DNA of 64,000 bases from Gemmatimonadota bacterium (GTDB lineage: Bacteria; Gemmatimonadota; Gemmatimonadetes; Gemmatimonadales; Gemmatimonadaceae): the NCBI GenBank assembly GCA_031390205.1, contig JANMTG010000084.1, positions 315 to 64,314 on the forward strand, in the 5' to 3' direction. The notes under the pieces were generated by a model that did no database searches, was not told the origin of the DNA, and worked only from the letters and a program-made list of their open reading frames with translations. The position numbers and the translations under genes are program-made. Of the stretch, positions 58,534-64,000 are shown piece after piece; position 1 is the stretch's first letter; every line of letters starts with the position of its first letter.

Positions 58534-59600
58534 TTGGTGTCTGAATCTTCCAGCAACTTCTCCAGGCGACGCATCATTCCCGCCAATTTAAACAGGGCGC
58601 CCGATGCGCGGAGCGCTTCGCGGTGCGGACGCGCCGGGTATCCGGACCAGGTTTCCCCAGCCGGGACGTCGCCGAACACCCCCGCCTGGCCAGCGATCCG
58701 CGCCCCCTTCCCTATTGTAATGTGCCCGGCCAGCCCCGCTTGCCCGGCGACGATGCAGTCGTCACCGATCACGGCCGAGCCCGAAATGCCCACTTGGGCC
58801 ATCACGAGGCACCGTTCGCCGATTCGCACGTTGTGCGCGACGTGGACCAGGTTGTCGATCTTCGATCCCTTGCCGATCACGGTGTCGTCGATGCTCCCTC
58901 TATCGATCGTCGTGTTGGCACCGATCTCCACGTCGTCCCCGACGATGCAGCCCCCCACGTGCGGTATCTTGTTGTGCGTGTCGCCGCGAAAGACGTAGCC
59001 GAATCCGTCGCAGCCGACGCGCGCGCCGGAATGCACGCTCACCCGGGCGCCAATGATAGTCCCCGGATAAACCGTTACGCCGGGCCAGAGACGCGACTCC
59101 TCGCCAATCGTCGTCCCCGCACCCACTACGCAGTTGTCTCCCACGACAACCCCATTGCCCAGCCGTACGCCGCGCCCCAGAATGGCGTGCTCGCCAATTG
59201 AGACTCGTTCACCGAGGCTCACCTGACTTCCGATTCGGGCGGAAGCCGCGACGCCCGGTGCGGGCCGTTCCTCGGCATACAGCTTCGGCAGCACCGAGAG
59301 CAGCTTCTCGAGCGGCCTGGCAACCAGGATTCGCGCGCGCGGGCTGCCCGGCGCTCCACGAAACTCGGGATCAATGAGCACGATTCCCGCTCTCGACGCG
59401 GCGAGCAGCGGGACGTACTTCGCGCTGGCAAGGATACTGAGATGAAACGCCTCGGCGCGTTCCAGCGGCGCGACTCCGCTTACAACTGCCTCTCCGTCTC
59501 CCACGAGCTCACCGGAAACAAGCCCCGCGATGGCCGCAGCGGTGATGGTGCTGGCACCATCACCGCTGCTCGACTGCTTCGGGGAAGAGGGCGCGGTCAC
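58530..59600 (-). CDS. lpxD: UDP-3-O-acylglucosamine N-acyltransferase
   Basis: Long left-handed beta-helix hexapeptide array; 356 aa; position between skp and lpxC/fabZ. Confidence 0.93.
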   Translation of the reverse strand: MTAPSSPKQSSSGDGASTITAAAIAGLVSGELVGDGEAVVSGVAPLERAEAFHLSILASAKYVPLLAASRAGIVLIDPEFRGAPGSPRARILVARPLEKLLSVLPKLYAEERPAPGVAASARIGSQVSLGERVSIGEHAILGRGVRLGNGVVVGDNCVVGAGTTIGEESRLWPGVTVYPGTIIGARVSVHSGARVGCDGFGYVFRGDTHNKIPHVGGCIVGDDVEIGANTTIDRGSIDDTVIGKGSKIDNLVHVAHNVRIGERCLVMAQVGISGSAVIGDDCIVAGQAGLAGHITIGKGARIAGQAGVFGDVPAGETWSGYPARPHREALRASGALFKLAGMMRRLEKLLEDSDTK

Positions 59601-60202
59601 CGCCTCGGCCGCGTCACTCCCGCCGGTTGTGGAACGGCGCCGACCGGAGCAGCGGGTGCCGGACTCTGCGATTTCAACCGGGCCAGCACGCGCTCGGTGA
59701 GGTCGAGCCTTTTGTCAGCGGCAACGACCACACTCGCCTGGGCGCCGACGTCGAGGATCATGGCGTACCCATCTTCGGTGCGAATTGACTCGATCACGCC
59801 CTGGACGCGCTCCATGATCGGCTTCACGAGCTGAGCCTGGCGCGCCTGCATGGTCGAGTCGAGCCCGCGCGCTCGGGTCTGGTACTCGACTTCGCGGGCG
59901 CGGATAGCCTGCGCGCGCGTATTGCGCACGGTCGTATCGAGCTTCGCGGCGTCACGGTCGAAGGACGCCATCATCGTGGTCAGCGAGTCGTTCATCCGCT
60001 GCAGCTGCTGGCGATAGACCACCACTTCCCGGTCGAACTGGGCTTCAGCTTCCACGCGCCCGGGCGCCTGCTGCAGCAGGAGCGCCGAATTGATGTAGGC
60101 GATCTTCATGGGCGCTGTCGGTTGAGTCTGTGCGGCCGCGGTTCCAGCCAGCATCACCGATAAGACAGGCGCGAACGATCTCGCACGAAAATGCACGCGC
60201 AT
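59597..60202 (-). CDS. skp: OmpH/Skp-like periplasmic chaperone
   Basis: Signal peptide (...MLAGTAAAQ), a coiled-coil Gln/Arg/Ala-rich body, and bamA-skp-lpxD synteny. Confidence 0.75.
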   Translation of the reverse strand: MRVHFRARSFAPVLSVMLAGTAAAQTQPTAPMKIAYINSALLLQQAPGRVEAEAQFDREVVVYRQQLQRMNDSLTTMMASFDRDAAKLDTTVRNTRAQAIRAREVEYQTRARGLDSTMQARQAQLVKPIMERVQGVIESIRTEDGYAMILDVGAQASVVVAADKRLDLTERVLARLKSQSPAPAAPVGAVPQPAGVTRPRR

Positions 60203-60216
60203 TAATTACTCCAGTG

Positions 60217-62637
60217 TTAGAAGAACTGTCCAAGTTTGAAGTGGAGCTTCCACCCGGGCGTCGGGCGTCCCGAAGCATCCACCTTGTCGAATCCATACCC
60301 GATATCCACTCCCAAAGGTCCGAGCGGGCTCAAGGTGCTCGCCCCGAAACCAGCGCTTCTGAACAGGCGTGTCGGATCGAACTCGCGCGGCTTGTTCCAA
60401 ACATTGCCGCCTTCGAAGAAAGTGTTCAAGTACAGCGACTGATTGACGCGGAGCCCCAGCTCGGCGGTGCCGACAAAGAACGCATTGCCGAACGAGCCTG
60501 GCAATGCCTGGGATTCGTCGCCGGCCGGATTGTAGCCGTTCGGCGTGATGGAAAACTCGTTGTAACCGCGAAGGGCTTCGCCGTACTGCGTGCCGCCGAG
60601 GGCGAACGACTGTGAGTAGAAGAACGGTCCGGTGTTTCCGAACACCGCGCCAGCTCGCGCGCTCAGCCCCGCCACGAACACCATCGGCTCAGAGCCCAGA
60701 ATCGAGCCGCCGATCCTTCCAATCGGCGAGTACGAGCGCAGCTCGGTGGTGTACCGCTGGAACGACGCGCTCCCGCCAAGAGGGCCGCCATTGAACTGGG
60801 CGTTGAAAGATTGTAGTCCGCCGTCCGCCGGGAACGGAAGCCCCGTTCGCGTGTCGTGCTGCGCGGTAAACCCGAGCGTCGAGCGGAAACAGTTATTGCA
60901 ACTGCTGGAAAAAGTGCCGGCAATTCCCTCGTTACCGTACTTCACCCGCTCGCCGCCGTATGAGACGAAGAGTCGGGTGTAGAGGGAATAAGGAACCGGG
61001 AAACCCGCCTGGATCTGGCCGCCCGTGCGGGTAGCCGCGCCCAAGTTGGCGACGCGAAAGCGGGATCGAGTATGGTAAGCGGTGAAGCTCCCCGAGATGC
61101 GCGAGCCACGGACGTTTGGATCGCTGTAGGTGCCGTTGAAGTCGTTGATGTAGCTGCCGAACTGCCACTGAATCTGCGCTCTCTTGCACCGTCCGAGGAG
61201 ATTGGGCTGATCCAGTCCGATGAACCCGCCGAGTCCTGTTCCCTGTCCCATTGACGCGCCGAAGTTCACGTTGCCCGTGCGCTTCTCCTTCACGTTGAAC
61301 ACAATGTCGACGTCGCCCTGGTCGCCGCTGGGGCGCGTCTCCGGCGCCGCCACCGGGGTCTCGAAGAAATTCAGATTGCCGATGTTCTGGTAGCTCCGGA
61401 TCAGATAATTCCGGTTGAATACCTGCCCGGGAGCGAGCACGATCTGCTCCCGGATGCACGACTCGTGAGTATAGTCGTTGCCGGCGATCTCGATGCGATT
61501 TACGATCGCCGGTGTTCTCTCCTCGATCTCCCAGCGGAGATTTACCGTGCGCACGGAATCACTGCTCGGAACGCGTTCGGCGACCGGGCGTACCTGGGCG
61601 TAGATGTAACCTTCGTCGTTATAAGCTTCCGACAGCTTCTGCTGCGCTTCTTCCCAGCGCGCCGCGTCGAAGGTGTTGGGCGGATTGACGTAGCTCCGGC
61701 GCAGCAGTCCGGTTGCGCGCTGCGTCAGTGTGGCCTGCTGGTTTCTGCCGAAGGGATAGAACAGCTCGATCTGCTCGGTCGAGAAACGGCGGTTGCCGGT
61801 GGCTTCGAAGCTTCCGACGGTATACCGGGGACCTTCATTGACCGTGATATCAATGAGTCCCTTTCCCCGGGCGCGGTCCACGATCAGCGTGTCGCTCAGG
61901 ATCCTGAAGTCTATGAACCCTCGGGTGCCATACAACTGGGGAATCCGCTCGGCGAGGTCCGCCGCATACAGTGCGTCGTCGAATTCGCCGTTCCGCGTCC
62001 ATAAAAATCCTTCCGGCTTTGTCTGCATGGCGCCCACCACGTCAGCGTCGGACACGCGAGTGTTTCCGTTGATGCGAATGCCGGAAATCGCCAGCCGTCT
62101 GCCTTCGTCGATGCGGAAGTTTATGCTGAGCCGGCCGTCCACCACGCTGGACTCGGGCTGCACTTTCGCGAGGTAATATCCCTTGCTCTCGTAGAGGGAG
62201 TCGGTGCGCTCGATGGCGCTGGCGATCTTGGCCGGATCTAGCGGCGCACCGGTGGGAAAGCTAAGGCGCTCGCGGACGTCCTTGGGAGAAACCTTGTCCG
62301 CTCCGATCACCTGGTACGCGGTAAGCACGGGGCGCTCCTTTACCTGAATCACCAGCGTCGCCCGTGAGGTTGCTGGAAAAACCCGGCATAGTATCTGGAC
62401 GTCGTCGAACTGCCCCGTCCCGTAAATGGACCTGATGGCGCGCTGGATGTCGGTAACGCTCAAGGTCGTCCCCGTCGCGAGGCCGCCCGACGACCGGATC
62501 GCCGAACTGTCCACCCGCGAATTGCCAGTCACGGCGATTGCCTCGGGCGCCGCGCACGCACCTGGAGCGCCTTCCTGGGCGCGCAACGGAGCGGCCAGAA
62601 TTGCGAGCACGACGAACGGAGTTGCTATTCTACGCAT
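60217..62637 (-). CDS. bamA: outer membrane protein assembly factor BamA
   Basis: Start MRRIATPFVVLAILAAPLRAQ (signal peptide), five POTRA-like repeats, and an Omp85 barrel ending ...WKLHFKLGQFF. Confidence 0.92.
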   Translation of the reverse strand: MRRIATPFVVLAILAAPLRAQEGAPGACAAPEAIAVTGNSRVDSSAIRSSGGLATGTTLSVTDIQRAIRSIYGTGQFDDVQILCRVFPATSRATLVIQVKERPVLTAYQVIGADKVSPKDVRERLSFPTGAPLDPAKIASAIERTDSLYESKGYYLAKVQPESSVVDGRLSINFRIDEGRRLAISGIRINGNTRVSDADVVGAMQTKPEGFLWTRNGEFDDALYAADLAERIPQLYGTRGFIDFRILSDTLIVDRARGKGLIDITVNEGPRYTVGSFEATGNRRFSTEQIELFYPFGRNQQATLTQRATGLLRRSYVNPPNTFDAARWEEAQQKLSEAYNDEGYIYAQVRPVAERVPSSDSVRTVNLRWEIEERTPAIVNRIEIAGNDYTHESCIREQIVLAPGQVFNRNYLIRSYQNIGNLNFFETPVAAPETRPSGDQGDVDIVFNVKEKRTGNVNFGASMGQGTGLGGFIGLDQPNLLGRCKRAQIQWQFGSYINDFNGTYSDPNVRGSRISGSFTAYHTRSRFRVANLGAATRTGGQIQAGFPVPYSLYTRLFVSYGGERVKYGNEGIAGTFSSSCNNCFRSTLGFTAQHDTRTGLPFPADGGLQSFNAQFNGGPLGGSASFQRYTTELRSYSPIGRIGGSILGSEPMVFVAGLSARAGAVFGNTGPFFYSQSFALGGTQYGEALRGYNEFSITPNGYNPAGDESQALPGSFGNAFFVGTAELGLRVNQSLYLNTFFEGGNVWNKPREFDPTRLFRSAGFGASTLSPLGPLGVDIGYGFDKVDASGRPTPGWKLHFKLGQFF

Positions 62638-62979
62638 CACACAAATATACACCAATCGGTTTTTCAGAGGTCCCGCGCACGGGCCAGATTTTCATTGGAC
62701 AAATAAGGCCGCCCGAGAGTTGCCTGCTTCTAGTTATCAGCCTGTCCGCTTCGACTGATATCACCGTATGGGGAGGCTTGTACAGTATCGCAACTGCGGC
62801 AGCGCAACGCGCTGCATCTCCGTCCGCAAGTCGGACCTTCGACCGCGTGCGTGACCGCGCACGACACGGCCGGGCCGCACCTACGCACGGCGATGCCGAG
62901 CTTCGCTCGGCGCGCTCCTCGCGCGTGGTGCCACGAGGACAACGGTCGTCCTCGCTCGACTACGCACCGGCGAAGATTT

Positions 62980-64000
62980 TCAGGTCTTCGCGGTCCCCGT
63001 AAGGACACGGAACTCGAGCTTCTCTCCGTCCGCGGCGACGTCCACCTCGATCTCGTCGCCCTTGGAATACTCGGCGAGGAGGATCTTCTCGGAGAGGGGA
63101 TCCTCGATGTACTTCTGGATCGCCCGCTTGAGCGGACGAGCGCCGAACTTCTCGTCGTAGCCGTGCTTGACCAGGAAGGCCGACCCGGCGTCGGTGAGCT
63201 TGAGGGTCAGCTCCTCGTCACCCAGGCGCTTCTGTACGTCCTTCAGGACAATGCCGACGATCTCGCCGATGTGCGCCTCGGAAAGCGGGTGGAACACGAT
63301 GACGTCGTCGACCCGGTTGAGGAACTCCGGATTGAAGACGTGCTGCATCTCTTCCTTGACCTTTTCCGCCATCCGCTCGAAGCTCGACTTGGTGTCGGGA
63401 GCGTGGAAGCCGAGGCCGCGGCCCTTGGTGATGTCGCGGGCTCCGACGTTCGAGGTCATGATCACGACGGTGTTCTTGAAATCGATGACGCGCCCGTAGT
63501 TGTCGGTGAGGTGACCCTCGTCGAGAACCTGGAGCAGAATGTTGAATACATCCGGGTGCGCCTTCTCGATCTCATCGAGGAGTACGACGCTGTAGGGCTT
63601 CCGGCGGACGGCTTTTGTAAGAGTCCCCGAGTCCTCGTAACCGACGTAGCCCGGAGGCGCGCCGATCAGGCGTGACACCGAGAATTTTTCCATGTACTCG
63701 CTCATGTCGACGCGAATGAGGGCGGACGGATCAGCGAACAGGAACTTGGCGAGAGCGCGCGCAACCTCGGTCTTGCCGACGCCGGTGGGGCCCGAAAAGA
63801 TGAACGATCCGATTGGGCGGTTGGGGTCCTTGAGGCCGGCACGGCTGCGGCGGATCGAGCGCGAGAGCGCCTCGATCGCCTCCTCCTGCGCCACGACAGA
63901 GACGTGCAGCTCCTTTTCCATGCGCAGCAATCTCGCCGTCTCCGCTTCCTGGAGGCGCATCACCGGAATGCCCGTCCACCGGCTCACGATGAACGAGACT
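62980..64000 (-). CDS. clpC: Clp/Hsp100 AAA+ ATPase, C-terminal D2 domain (5' part lies outside the window)
   Basis: SRWTGIPV...Walker A GPTGVGKTE, Walker B VVLLDEIEKAH, and a sensor-2 region. The reading frame stays open to the window edge. ClpC versus ClpA/ClpB cannot be settled from this fragment. Confidence 0.85.
   Translation of the reverse strand, partial: VSFIVSRWTGIPVMRLQEAETARLLRMEKELHVSVVAQEEAIEALSRSIRRSRAGLKDPNRPIGSFIFSGPTGVGKTEVARALAKFLFADPSALIRVDMSEYMEKFSVSRLIGAPPGYVGYEDSGTLTKAVRRKPYSVVLLDEIEKAHPDVFNILLQVLDEGHLTDNYGRVIDFKNTVVIMTSNVGARDITKGRGLGFHAPDTKSSFERMAEKVKEEMQHVFNPEFLNRVDDVIVFHPLSEAHIGEIVGIVLKDVQKRLGDEELTLKLTDAGSAFLVKHGYDEKFGARPLKRAIQKYIEDPLSEKILLAEYSKGDEIEVDVAADGEKLEFRVLTGTAKT

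Overview
This is a dense, high-GC bacterial chromosomal segment from a diderm, LPS-making organism. The fused lpxC/fabZ and the bshC gene fit an FCB-group or Gemmatimonadota-like lineage, but I cannot confirm that without a database. Nearly every gene is recognisable housekeeping.

On the + strand, 113-35607 carries, in order:
- phosphohexomutase, a UPF0182-like protein, arcC, sucCD and ndk
- the yceD-rpmF-plsX-fabHDG-acpP-fabF block
- the futalosine-pathway genes mqnE/A/C, then ispF, a DedA protein, xerD, trpG and an outer membrane protein
- kdsB-pyrG-kdsA-kdsD-lptC-lptA-lptB-rpoN
- a five-gene glycosyltransferase/flippase-like/YfhO cluster, then dapF

On the - strand, 35822 to the window end carries:
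- tRNA-Arg(CCT) and the run DUF512 radical-SAM-der-plsY-gpsA-MerR-GT2-surE-pcm-Pro-rich orphan-acyP
- uvrC
- gdhA-rlmH-methyltransferase-bshC-murJ
- the run bamA-skp-lpxD-lpxC/fabZ-lpxA-oxidoreductase-lpxB-DUF374-lpxK
- a partial Clp ATPase

Every CDS left of about 35.7 kb is on + and every CDS right of it is on -. The 214-bp convergent spacer holds the only strongly AT-rich island in the window. That island contains a 28-bp 11-6-11 site closely matching XerC/XerD dif sites, so I read the window as spanning the replication terminus.

I found no CRISPR array, transposase, prophage or recognisable defence island. The most accessory-looking, least-explained part is the polyprenyl-phosphate-type glycosylation cluster fused to the 3' end of rpoN (28.5-34.8 kb). 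Other oddities:
- an N-terminal extension of about 150 aa on LptB
- an LptA-like protein about 2.5 times the usual size
- a methyltransferase translationally coupled to bshC
- a GnnA-like oxidoreductase inside the lpx operon
- a poly-Gly/G-quadruplex tract in plsY
- a Cx5Cx2C cluster in the MqnE-like enzyme

Many long ORFs antisense to real genes are high-GC shadow ORFs and were discarded.
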